NCBI GenBank assembly: GCA_035455145.1
Contig: DATIFR010000134.1
Span: 16,845 to 80,844 of the forward strand
DNA from: Nitrospira sp.
Lineage (GTDB): Bacteria; Nitrospirota; Nitrospiria; Nitrospirales; Nitrospiraceae
DNA: 64,000 nt
Direction of reading: 5' to 3'
The position numbers and the translations under genes were made by a program. Below are positions 48,431 through 57,740 of this stretch, one piece after another. Each line of letters starts with the position of its first letter. Within the stretch, counting starts at the first letter, position 1. The notes under the pieces are model-generated. The model ran no database searches and was not told the DNA's origin. It worked only from the letters and a program-made list of their open reading frames with translations.

Positions 48431-48679
48431 GAGGACCCTCGTTCCAAAGGATCCGCATCCAAATGGTGATGCCTGACGTTAGTGTGTCCGGTGTGGGAGT
48501 GAAGGGGGCTGCAGCGAAGTCCGTCATGCAGGATGACAGAACGTAGCATGCAGAAGAGGCGGCAGCCACCGCCACTGGAACGTCAGACCAGCATGTTACG
48601 CCGGTGGAGATTCTTGGTCAACCGTCTCTCGATGAGCCAAGGGAGCCAGTTTCCAGGGATTGCTCGGCGCCATGGAGCA

Positions 48680-48702
48680 ACGAGCGGGCTTGGAAAAAGC
48701 AT
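48680..48702 (+). repeat. Isolated 23-nt tail motif
   Basis: ACGAGCGGGCTTGGAAAAAGCAT, without a recognisable X, Y or Z module upstream. Confidence 0.65.
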
Positions 48703-48786
48703 CCGATGCACGCGCCGCACGCAACTCCCTCATGATGTACTCATCGGAGCATATCGTGCTTGAGTCAGCTTCAAGTCGTCTTCATA

Positions 48787-49761
48787 ATGACCGGCATGGA
48801 TAGAGCGGAGCTCTTGTCGTTGTATCGTCAGATGTTGCTGATCCGCCGGTTCGAAGAGAAATCGGCGGAGATGTATGCCCTCGCGAAGATCGCCGGCTTC
48901 CTCCACCTCTATATCGGCGAAGAGGCGATTGCAGTCGGCGCCATGGCCGCCCTTCGACCGAACGATTACGCCATCAGCGCCTACCGCGACCATGGTCATT
49001 GCCTCGCGCGAGGGGCCGATCCAGGCAAGGTGATGGCCGAGCTATTCGGGAAAGCCACCGGCCTCTGCAAAGGCAAGGGCGGATCGATGCATCTTGTGGA
49101 TCTTGCGCACCGGTTCATGGGCGGCTATGCCATTGTCGGAGGCCACATCCCGCTGGCCACCGGCCTGGCCTTCGCGATCAAGTATCAGGCGCTCGACCTG
49201 GTCACGGCCTGCTTTTTCGGAGAGGGGGCGGTGCCGAGCGGGCAGGCGCATGAGGCGTTCAATCTGGCGGCCCTCTGGAAACTTCCAGTGATCTTCGTCT
49301 GCGAGAATAATCGCTACGGTATGGGCACGCCCGTTGAACGGGCCATCGCGCTCTATGCGGACGTGGCGGAGACAGCCCGTTCCTACGGGATCACGGCGGA
49401 GCGTGTGGACGGGATGGATGTGCTCGCGGTGCGCTCGTCGATGGACAAGGCGGTGAAGCAGGTGCGTGCTGGGCGCGGCCCCTGGTTTATCGAGGCGATG
49501 ACCTACCGATATATGGGCCACTCGATGTCCGACCCGGCGCACGGACATTACCGGACGAAAGAGGAAGTGGAGGAGCATCGCAAGCGCGACCCGCTGCTCT
49601 TATTGAAGGAATCGATGGTGAATCAGAACCTGGGTACCGAAGCCGATTTCAAACAGCTCGAGCGGGACGTGGGTGAGGTCGTGGCGGCAGCCGTCAAATT
49701 CGCGGAAGACAGTCCGTTCCCGAGCCCGTCGGACTTATACGACGACGTGCTGCAGGAGTAA
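48787..49761 (+). CDS. pdhA: Pyruvate dehydrogenase E1 alpha
   Basis: GFLHLYIGEEA, YRDHG, GKGGSMH, GEGA..GQ.HEAFN, TYRYMGHSMSDP. Confidence 0.93.
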   Translation: MTGMDRAELLSLYRQMLLIRRFEEKSAEMYALAKIAGFLHLYIGEEAIAVGAMAALRPNDYAISAYRDHGHCLARGADPGKVMAELFGKATGLCKGKGGSMHLVDLAHRFMGGYAIVGGHIPLATGLAFAIKYQALDLVTACFFGEGAVPSGQAHEAFNLAALWKLPVIFVCENNRYGMGTPVERAIALYADVAETARSYGITAERVDGMDVLAVRSSMDKAVKQVRAGRGPWFIEAMTYRYMGHSMSDPAHGHYRTKEEVEEHRKRDPLLLLKESMVNQNLGTEADFKQLERDVGEVVAAAVKFAEDSPFPSPSDLYDDVLQE

Positions 49762-49769
49762 GACGGTTC

Positions 49770-50738
49770 ATGTTGTTGTCCTATCGGGAAGCCCTCAACC
49801 AGGCCATGCGGGAGGAGATGCGCCGGGACCAGCGCATCTTCTTGATCGGCGAAGAAGTCGCCTACTATCAGGGCGCGTTTAAAGTCAGCAAAGGATTCGT
49901 CGAGGAATTCGGCCCCCAGCGGGTGATCGATACGCCGATCACCGAAGCCGGCTTCACCGGCCTGGCCATCGGTGCTGCCATGGCAGGACTCCATCCGATC
50001 GTGGAACTCATGACGATGAACTTCGGCATTCTTGCCCTCGATCAGATCGTCAACAACGCCGCCAAAATCCGCTACATGTCCGGCGGACAACTCTCCGTAC
50101 CGCTCGTCATCCGTGGTCCCGGGAGCGCCGCCCACCAGTTGGGGGCCCAGCACTCGCAAAGTCTCGAAGCGTGGTTCTGCCATGTGCCGGGCTTGAAAGT
50201 GATCGCGCCGGCCACGCCGCACGATGCGAAGGGCCTGCTCAGGAGCGCGATCCGGGATCCCAACCCCGTCATCTTCATCGAAGCGCAGTTGTTGTACGGC
50301 ACGAAGGGCGAAGTCCAAGAGGGCGAGTACACGATCCCCATCGGCGTAGCCGAAGTGAAACGGGTCGGGCGAGATGTGACCATCGTCGCCTATTCGAAGA
50401 TGCTCTTCCTCGCGCTGGAGGCTGCCGATCAACTGAGTCGAGAGGGCATCGAGGCCGAGGTGATCGATCCGCGCACGCTCAAACCGCTGGACCTCCAGAC
50501 GATCGTCTTGTCAGTCAAGAAGACGGGGCGTCTCGTGATCGTTGAGGAAGGCTGGCGCTTTTGCGGGCTGGGGGCGCAGATTGCAGAGAGCGTCTACTCG
50601 GCGGCGTTCGATCATTTGGATGCCCCGATCATGCGCGTCGCGGGCGAAGAAGTGCCGATGCCCTATTGTCGCCCGCTGGAGGATGCCGCCATCCCGGACC
50701 TGCCGCGCGTGATGGAGGCCGTCAAATCGCTTCTGTGA
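49770..50738 (+). CDS. pdhB: Pyruvate dehydrogenase E1 beta
   Basis: DTPITEAGF, GAQHSQ, DPRTLKPLD. Confidence 0.93.
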   Translation: MLLSYREALNQAMREEMRRDQRIFLIGEEVAYYQGAFKVSKGFVEEFGPQRVIDTPITEAGFTGLAIGAAMAGLHPIVELMTMNFGILALDQIVNNAAKIRYMSGGQLSVPLVIRGPGSAAHQLGAQHSQSLEAWFCHVPGLKVIAPATPHDAKGLLRSAIRDPNPVIFIEAQLLYGTKGEVQEGEYTIPIGVAEVKRVGRDVTIVAYSKMLFLALEAADQLSREGIEAEVIDPRTLKPLDLQTIVLSVKKTGRLVIVEEGWRFCGLGAQIAESVYSAAFDHLDAPIMRVAGEEVPMPYCRPLEDAAIPDLPRVMEAVKSLL

Positions 50739-50751
50739 CGAGAGGAGAGCC

Positions 50752-51954
50752 ATGGCGAGTCGCGTTGTGATGCCCAAGCTGACGGACACGATGGAAGAGG
50801 GTGTGCTCGTTGCGTGGAAGAAACGCGAGGGGGATCACGTGCAGTCCGGGGAGGCCCTCGCTGAAATTGAAACTGACAAGGCGATCATGGATCTGGAGGC
50901 CTTTGCCTCAGGCATTCTGCGCAAGATTCTCGTGAATGATGGAGAAACGGTCCAGTCCGGAACGTTGCTGGGCGTGATCGCCGAGGCCGATGAAGATATC
51001 ACCTCGGCCTTGACCGACACAGTCACGGCCGCCCCGTCGACCGGCGGGGGAGGCAAGCCCACCGCCCCAGCACCTGCCGTCACTCCACCCACGTCGCCCA
51101 CGCGCACAGAGGGAGCCCGCCCCATCGCGTCCCCTCGCGCGAAAGCTCTAGCCGCCGAACGAGGGATCGATCTCTCCACCATTACCGGCAGTGGTCCTGG
51201 CGGGCGAATCGTCGAAGAAGACTTGCCGAAGATACCGGCACCCGTGACGGCGGCCCTGCCCGCCGGAACCGATCAGCCCCTGACCCAAATGCGGAAGGCC
51301 ATTGCTCGGGCCACGACCCAGAGCAAAGCACCGGTACCGCACTTCTATCTGACGAGGGAGATCGATATGGAGGCGGCGGAGCAGTTCCGCGAGCAATTCA
51401 AGCAACGCCGTCAGCCCCATCCCTCAATCACCGATCTGCTGATCAAAGCGGCGGCCATAGCGCTGACGAGGCATCCCGCGATCAACGTGTCGTATGTCGG
51501 CGAGGCGATCAGACACTATGCGCATATCGATATCGGTGTGGCGGTCGGCATGGACGACGGGCTGATCACGCCCGTCATTCGCGATTGTGGCGCAAAGACG
51601 CTGGAAGCCATCTCAACGGAATCACGTGCGCTCATCGAACGGGCCAAACAGAAGCGGTTGCAACCGCCTGAATATACGGGTGCCACGTTCTCCGTTTCCA
51701 ACCTCGGCATGTACGGGGTCGACAACTTCATTGCTGTGCTCATCCCGCCACAGGCCGCTTCGCTGGCCGTTGGCGCCATTCGGGAGGTGCCCGTTGTTGC
51801 AGCGGGTAGTGTGAAGATTGGCCGACGAATGCAGGTTACGTTATCCTGCGATCACCGGGCCATCGATGGCGTGATGGGCGCGGAGTTTCTGAAAGAGTTG
51901 ACGCGCATCCTTGAGCACCCGCAAGAACTGGTCATCCCAGTGAGGACATCCTAA
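50752..51954 (+). CDS. pdhC: Dihydrolipoamide acetyltransferase E2
   Basis: Lipoyl domain ETDKA, E3-binding SPRAK..GSGPGGRI, catalytic DHRAIDG. Confidence 0.92.
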   Translation: MASRVVMPKLTDTMEEGVLVAWKKREGDHVQSGEALAEIETDKAIMDLEAFASGILRKILVNDGETVQSGTLLGVIAEADEDITSALTDTVTAAPSTGGGGKPTAPAPAVTPPTSPTRTEGARPIASPRAKALAAERGIDLSTITGSGPGGRIVEEDLPKIPAPVTAALPAGTDQPLTQMRKAIARATTQSKAPVPHFYLTREIDMEAAEQFREQFKQRRQPHPSITDLLIKAAAIALTRHPAINVSYVGEAIRHYAHIDIGVAVGMDDGLITPVIRDCGAKTLEAISTESRALIERAKQKRLQPPEYTGATFSVSNLGMYGVDNFIAVLIPPQAASLAVGAIREVPVVAAGSVKIGRRMQVTLSCDHRAIDGVMGAEFLKELTRILEHPQELVIPVRTS

Positions 51955-51968
51955 GATCCAGGTAGAAA

Positions 51969-52216
51969 GGGCGTGGATGAAACGCCTGCACGCTCCGATG
52001 CCTCAGATCGACCGCACTAAGCTTCGCACCTGCTCGGCTGCGGAACTTGTTCCATCCTTTGCGATGCGGGATGGAACGTCGAACAGTCCTCGCCGTCGCG
52101 GAACGCGACCGCCGCTGCCCGGCAAGTGCGGAGTCCCGAGCTTCGGTACAAGTCGCGCGCAGGACTTTCCATCCCCGCCACTTGGGGAGAAAAACGAGCG
52201 AGCTCTGAGGGATCAT
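51969..52216 (+). repeat. Structured repeat module Y plus 23-nt tail
   Basis: Aligns with 47287-47534 (TCGACCGCACTAAGCTT, CTGCTCGGCTGCGGAACTTGTTCCATCC, GAACAGTCCTCGCCGTCGCG); tail at 52194-52216. Confidence 0.88.
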
Positions 52217-52277
52217 TCTAGTTGGATGAGGTGTGCGGTAAAGATGGTGATCATCAGATGAGAAAGGAGGGCAGGCC

Positions 52278-52592
52278 ATGGCGTGGGGACCTGATGCGAA
52301 TACAGAAGATGAACTGGAAAAGCTGGCAGCTGTGCGTGCGTATCTTCACGAACAGTTCCCGGGTGCCTCGATTCGTGATTCGTACGATGCCGGCAGGATA
52401 GCGGAGGTGTTTCGGATCGAAACCGACGGCGTCGAGGGGCTGCGCGATGCGGTCGTCTCGACCGAATTTCTCGACGAGTATCCGCCTGAAAAAATGGGAA
52501 AGGCGTTGACCGGCTTGCGGGTTGCGGAACACCTCCGCTCAGCGAAGGGCAAGGAGGTGCTGGTCACAAGTTGGGGTGTAGAAGAAAAGTAG
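52278..52592 (+). CDS. Hypothetical protein
   Basis: Strong RBS (AAGGAGG), 104-aa acidic globular ORF. Confidence 0.65.
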   Translation: MAWGPDANTEDELEKLAAVRAYLHEQFPGASIRDSYDAGRIAEVFRIETDGVEGLRDAVVSTEFLDEYPPEKMGKALTGLRVAEHLRSAKGKEVLVTSWGVEEK

Positions 52593-52599
52593 GGTTGAA

Positions 52600-52730
52600 T
52601 CCGTTCGGCCTTCGCTTATCGACCTCTGGGCGCGATCCTTCCGGATGCGACCGGGCGGAAGTCCTTCTGGAATTCCCGCAGCCACGGTTGTGCCAACCGT
52701 GGCTGCGTCTGTCAGTTCCACCTTTCCTTC
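52600..52730. repeat. Structured repeat family W, copy 2
   Basis: GCGATCCTT..CCTTCTGGAATTCCC.CAGCCACGGT..ACCGTGG..GTCAGTTCCA.CTTTCC shared with 36050-36150. Confidence 0.75.
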
Positions 52731-52910
52731 CCGTTCACACCCCGCTTCTTGTTCAGGTCCATGAGCGCATAACTTTTGTGCCGGCCCCCGAGCAGCAAGT
52801 CAACGTGCACATTCACCTCATCGTCGTCTCTCCCATCTTTTCCTGTGCGCAGGCGAGCCGGCCTGTTAGGATGCGCTCGCGCGGGTGAATCGTCGAGCCC
52901 GCATGATCGC

Positions 52911-54152
52911 ATGACACTCTCACAGCCATCAGCCAGACCGCGACAAGCCGCGGTCCTCTTCATTCTCATCACGGTCATGCTCGACGTCCTGTCGTTCGGA
53001 ATCATTATTCCCGTCCTCCCGAAGCTCGTCGAAAACTTCATGTCCGGCGACACGGCGCAGGCGGCGGCGATCTATGGCTTCATGGGCATGGCCTGGGCGT
53101 TGATGCAGCTGCTCTGCTCGCCGATCCAGGGTGCACTCTCCGACCGGTTCGGGCGAAGACCGGTCGTGCTGCTCTCCAACTTCGGCCTCGGCCTCGATTA
53201 CATCCTCATGGCGCTCGCGCCGGACATCACCTGGCTCTTTGCGGGCCGGGTCATTTCGGGTATCGCCTCGTCGAGCTTCAGCACTGCTGGCGCCTATATC
53301 GCCGACGTCACCCCGCCGGAGGAACGGGCCGCCGGTTTCGGCATGATCGGCGCAGCGTTCGGCTTAGGGTTTGTGCTCGGTCCGGCGGTAGGCGGACTGT
53401 TAGGGGCGAGCGATCCGCACCTGCCGTTCTGGGGCGCAGCCGCGACGAGTCTCGTGAACGCCTGTTACGGTTACTTTGTCCTGCCGGAATCGCTTCCGCG
53501 CGAGAAACGGATGAACTTTTCCTGGAAGCGCGCGAACGCGGTCGGTTCGCTCGTGCTGCTGCGCTCGCATCATGAACTGTTCGGCCTCTCTGCCGTGGCG
53601 TTTCTCAACTATCTCGCCCATGCGGTGTTACCCAGCACCGCGGTGCTCTATGTCGGCTATCGCTACGGATGGGGATCGACGGCCGTCGGCTTCATGCTCG
53701 CCGCTGCCGGCATCAACGCCATGATCGTGCAGGGACTGTTGATGAAACCGCTCACCGCGCGGTTCGGGGAACGAAAGACCTTGCTCGCGGGCTTGTGCTG
53801 CGGGGCGATCGGGTTTTGCGTCTACGGCGTCGCCACCGACGGATGGATCTATTGCGCCGGCATTCCCATCATGGCCTTCTGGGGGCTCGCCGGTCCGTCG
53901 GCGCAGGGGCTCATGACCAACCGCGTGAGTGCCTCTGAACAAGGGCAACTCCAAGGAGCCATCGCGGGGTTGTCCGGCATCGCCGGTCTGATCGGGCCCG
54001 GTCTCTTCACGCAAACATTTGCGCTGTTCATCGGGCCCCGCGCCGGTTGGCATCTCCCGGGCGCGCCGTTTCTCCTTGCGTCATTCTTATTACTGCTGGG
54101 AATGGCGTTAGCCTGGCGGGCGACGAGGGGAGGGCATGAGAAGACGGGATGA
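52911..54152 (+). CDS. TCR/Tet-family MFS efflux transporter
   Basis: LDVLSFGIIIPVLP, GALSDRFGRRPV (motif A), GFVLGPAVGG, QGQLQG. Confidence 0.9.
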   Translation: MTLSQPSARPRQAAVLFILITVMLDVLSFGIIIPVLPKLVENFMSGDTAQAAAIYGFMGMAWALMQLLCSPIQGALSDRFGRRPVVLLSNFGLGLDYILMALAPDITWLFAGRVISGIASSSFSTAGAYIADVTPPEERAAGFGMIGAAFGLGFVLGPAVGGLLGASDPHLPFWGAAATSLVNACYGYFVLPESLPREKRMNFSWKRANAVGSLVLLRSHHELFGLSAVAFLNYLAHAVLPSTAVLYVGYRYGWGSTAVGFMLAAAGINAMIVQGLLMKPLTARFGERKTLLAGLCCGAIGFCVYGVATDGWIYCAGIPIMAFWGLAGPSAQGLMTNRVSASEQGQLQGAIAGLSGIAGLIGPGLFTQTFALFIGPRAGWHLPGAPFLLASFLLLLGMALAWRATRGGHEKTG

Positions 54153-54215
54153 ATTGCTCCGCGGGCTTCCGCAAGGATATTGAGCCTGCACGCAAGGCGT
54201 GATCGCTGATCGTGG

Positions 54216-55106
54216 TCAGCGTGGACTGACGAGCCTGGGCTGTTTGCCGCCTGATGCCAGTTGGGCGAACTGCTGCTTCATCGCATTGACCCGGATTAGA
54301 TAGGCGCGCACGTCGTGGTCGCCGCACCGCTGGTGGGGGCTCAGCCTGAAGCGGCGCGCGGCATAGGCCTGGCCGGCCCCGGCACCGCAAAGGTGAATGA
54401 CCGCGGCCAGATCCTGTTTGTTCCGGAGCGTGACAGTGCCGCTCCGTCTCTGTCCGACCGCACTCACAACTTGGCGATCGAGCAGTGCCGAAGTCAATTC
54501 GATGGCATGGCTCGGGAGGACGCGCTGGTAGAGGTTGTTGAACCAGCAGGATTGCATGTCGTGCCATGGGCCGTCCTCGACCACGACATGGTCGTGGATG
54601 CAGTAGCGTTTGGCTTCCTGAAAGGTACCATCGGTAATCTGGTACATGCCGACCGCACTCGACGCCGGTCGGTACCACTCCAAAGGATTCCACGACGGCT
54701 GCCATCTCCAGTAAGTTCGCGCCACCGGGTTTCCCGCGCCCTCGACCTGCGCCAGCGCCGCCAATAACTCAGGCGTGATGACCGCTGTCGCATGTTCGCG
54801 GAAGAGCAATCCATATTCTTTCCACGTTTCGGCCGGGCTCTTGTTCAGTGTACGGTCCAAGGGAAAGAGGATTTCGCTCGGCTTGTAGTACGCGTGATAG
54901 GTCCAGTTGACGCCGAGCCAGAACAGGAGGATCGCCGATAAAATCACGACGGCACGCACCGACGGCGGCGAGGCCAGCACGGCCTTCAGAATTCTACGGG
55001 ATGTTTTCCAGCGGGCGCGCAGGTAACGCCAGAAGGTTTTGAGGGTGCGGCGACGGCGGCGGGAGGGACGGCGACGGGAGGAGCGGAGGTTAGGGCGAGA
55101 GGACAT
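54216..55106 (-). CDS. Membrane-anchored lytic transglycosylase-like (SLT/lysozyme-fold) protein
   Basis: Arg-rich N-terminus plus TM; ALAQVEG (catalytic Glu) and SSAVGMYQI motifs. Confidence 0.75.
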   Translation of the reverse strand: MSSRPNLRSSRRRPSRRRRRTLKTFWRYLRARWKTSRRILKAVLASPPSVRAVVILSAILLFWLGVNWTYHAYYKPSEILFPLDRTLNKSPAETWKEYGLLFREHATAVITPELLAALAQVEGAGNPVARTYWRWQPSWNPLEWYRPASSAVGMYQITDGTFQEAKRYCIHDHVVVEDGPWHDMQSCWFNNLYQRVLPSHAIELTSALLDRQVVSAVGQRRSGTVTLRNKQDLAAVIHLCGAGAGQAYAARRFRLSPHQRCGDHDVRAYLIRVNAMKQQFAQLASGGKQPRLVSPR

Positions 55107-55130
55107 GGGGACAATATATATGAAAATGGT

Positions 55131-55850
55131 GGGAGGGTGGCCTGATCGGTCCCTGTGCTCGCCGAACGCGACACATTGAGAAGGAAGGAGGTCCGTTGGT
55201 CGCCTGTGCTCGCGCAACGCGGCACGCGGGATCTATCGAATTATCACGTAAAGGGCGGTGCTCGTTGGACGCGCGCACTGGGAGACCAATCGGCCCACCT
55301 TCCGAGAAGAGAGGGCAAGCGAGCTTGGAAGGACCATTGTATATTTCACGCGCGCACAATGGAACCGATTCAGGCCACCTCGAAGCCCGAGTCCCCATGA
55401 GGGTGAAAGAGGGAAACGAGCAAGCTTGGGGGGACCATTTTATTTAATAGTGGGGCCCTCCCGCTGCGGGCGCTTGGGAAAGACCGCGTCTCGGCGCAGT
55501 AGGGATTGGGCGGGTGAGAAAGTCGCTCGGGTCGGCGCCACCCGTGAGAATGAGGATTCGCAACTCAGGGGGTGGGGGAGGAACGACGAGCGAGCTTGGG
55601 AGGAACACGAGGATGGTGAGCCTGCTCGCTCCGGCGAGTGGTTAAGCCGCATGGCCCTATCGCTGCTTGGCTGCGCAACTTGTTCCGTCCTGGACTTCGT
55701 TCGAACGGAACTTCGGACAATGCTCGCCATCGCTTTCAGCGACCGCATCGACTCGACCATGCAACCCCTCGCAAGTCGCAGCCAGCCCCACCATCCTCAG
55801 TAGGCGAATAGGGAATGTCACGCGCACAATGGGACCGATTCAAATCTCAA
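55131..55850 (+). repeat. Largest stacked/nested repeat cluster (X split around X, then Z, Y and an X fragment)
   Basis: Tails at 55315, 55416 and 55586; modules identified by alignment to the other copies. Confidence 0.85.
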
Positions 55851-55953
55851 CCTTGAGAGGAGAAGAAAGAATCCGCCGGTGGAAGCTCTGCCGGCTACCA
55901 TCTGCAGTGGAAGAAGCCGGCGCGACTGCCGAATGGATGATCCTATGGTCGTC

Positions 55954-56100
55954 TTAGCGGAAAGATTTGCGTCGGCTCACCTGGCGACGCGCATCTCGGT
56001 TTACGGCTTTGTCTCGAATAAATGCACCGATGAGCAGGGCGGGGATTGAAAGAAGCCAGAGATACCATGGGGCCCACAATGTCGCGTCGTGCATGATCAT
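55954..56100 (-). CDS. Small membrane peptide
   Basis: AAAGGAG RBS; single TM followed by a basic tail. Confidence 0.45.
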   Translation of the reverse strand: MIMHDATLWAPWYLWLLSIPALLIGAFIRDKAVNRDARRQVSRRKSFR

Positions 56101-56426
56101 TCTCCTTTCGTGATACCAGTCGACTACGCAATCACCGTACCAACGTGAGAACACGCCCCATTCCCCGTTTATTCACCTTGATATGCGATTAGGACAACGA
56201 TCCGGAGCCCGGATCTTGTGGTGGGCGATGAGGCACACAACGCACAACGGCGTTGCACAAACAACACGGATCATGACGATCCACCACACTGCCTCCACTG
56301 CGGTGCATTTTTCTGCAGTGCATTCGTTCACAGGCTTCAACCGGACCGGTTGACTCCATGGGGGAAAGCTGAGTAGCGTGGCATTGCCTACAGGGGACTC
56401 GTCCCATCCAACGACTAGAGTTTCCC

Positions 56427-57110
56427 ATGCCACAGAATCGCTGCGCCATGATCGTCGTGGTCGGATTGCTTGTACTCACCGCCTCCTGGTCGGCCGCGCA
56501 GCAGCCTGCCTCACAAGCAGAATCGAGTCTCGAACCGGAGTTCCGGCAACTGCGTTCGAAACTCAGCGCCATGCCGGAATTCAGCGGGACCGATGCCGAA
56601 TCAAAGTTTCGTCTGGCTGAAGAACTCGCCCATCGCGGAGACGTGCAGGGTGCCGTGGAAACCTATCGCGCCGCGATTCATCTCAAACCCGACTGGCCGG
56701 ATCCCTACCGGGGACTCGGTCAGGTGCTACTCGACCATCACGACTATGCCGAGGCGATCCAGGCGTTGCAGACCAGCATTCGCTTAGGTCGCGACGATCA
56801 TCACGCTTTCTATTGGCTGGGACGCGCCTATATGGGGAAGCACGATCTGGCTGCGGCGGCAGTCGCCCTCGAGCGCGCGACGGAACTCAAGCCCGACGAT
56901 GCCGAAACTTTTGCGGACCTCGGCCTTGTTCGAATGACGCAGGGCGATGATGTCGCCGCGGAACAGGCGCTCAAGCGGTCCATTCAGTTGAAGCCGGATT
57001 ACGCCGAGGCCCACCAGCTGCGCGAACAACTGGCCAAGGCCAAAGGCAACAGGGAGACAGTCAAAGAAGCGGGCATGGCGCGACTCAGGAGTGTATTTGA
57101 TCGGGAATAA
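56427..57110 (+). CDS. Exported TPR protein
   Basis: Signal peptide and four TPR-like repeats (AIHLKPDWPDPYRGLG, ATELKPDDAETFADLG). Confidence 0.85.
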   Translation: MPQNRCAMIVVVGLLVLTASWSAAQQPASQAESSLEPEFRQLRSKLSAMPEFSGTDAESKFRLAEELAHRGDVQGAVETYRAAIHLKPDWPDPYRGLGQVLLDHHDYAEAIQALQTSIRLGRDDHHAFYWLGRAYMGKHDLAAAAVALERATELKPDDAETFADLGLVRMTQGDDVAAEQALKRSIQLKPDYAEAHQLREQLAKAKGNRETVKEAGMARLRSVFDRE

Positions 57111-57111
57111 A

Positions 57112-57681
57112 TTAGGGACGCCAGTCCGGCTGGGCATTGGAGGTCGATAATACGATCGCATGTATGGCCAACTGATGGCCGTCCGGCTGTTCCCAGGTCT
57201 TGAGCAGGAGTTGATGCATCTCCCGCACCTCGATGGCGCCGAGCGAGACCCAACCGGGTGTGGACGGCAGTTCCCCCTTCACACAAGTCTTCGCGCAGAG
57301 ATTGATCCAGGGATGGCCGGGATCTCCGCTGCCATAGGCCCATGCCGCATAGGCTCCCGCAGGCAACTGTGAGGTCGTCCGAATCGGCGAGACGCCCGGA
57401 AGAGGCTGGCGAAACATCACCACACGATCCGCGTTCTCGCGCGGCACACCGCAACGGTCCCCCTTCGCATAGACCCACAACGTGTATTCGCCGGAATTGG
57501 CCTTGCAGCCTTCGAAGGCTACGTCCGTTCCACCCTTCCAATCGGAAGCGCGAAAGATTTGCGTGGAGGGAGGTGCTGGCACATCAGCGGCGAGAAGTGG
57601 TGAGGGCCAGAATGAAAGCACAAGGGCGAGGTATGTCGTGACAAGAGTCAGAGTGGCGGTGCGGAAGTGAAAGGAAGGCAT
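57112..57681 (-). CDS. Hypothetical exported protein with paired cysteines
   Basis: Signal peptide (MPSFHFRTATLTLVTTYLALVLSFWPSPLLA), beta-rich composition. Confidence 0.6.
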   Translation of the reverse strand: MPSFHFRTATLTLVTTYLALVLSFWPSPLLAADVPAPPSTQIFRASDWKGGTDVAFEGCKANSGEYTLWVYAKGDRCGVPRENADRVVMFRQPLPGVSPIRTTSQLPAGAYAAWAYGSGDPGHPWINLCAKTCVKGELPSTPGWVSLGAIEVREMHQLLLKTWEQPDGHQLAIHAIVLSTSNAQPDWRP

Positions 57682-57740
57682 GAAGAGTTGTAGCGAAGTA
57701 GAGAAGAAAAGGTCAATGCGGGGAGTGTGGCGAGTGAGGT

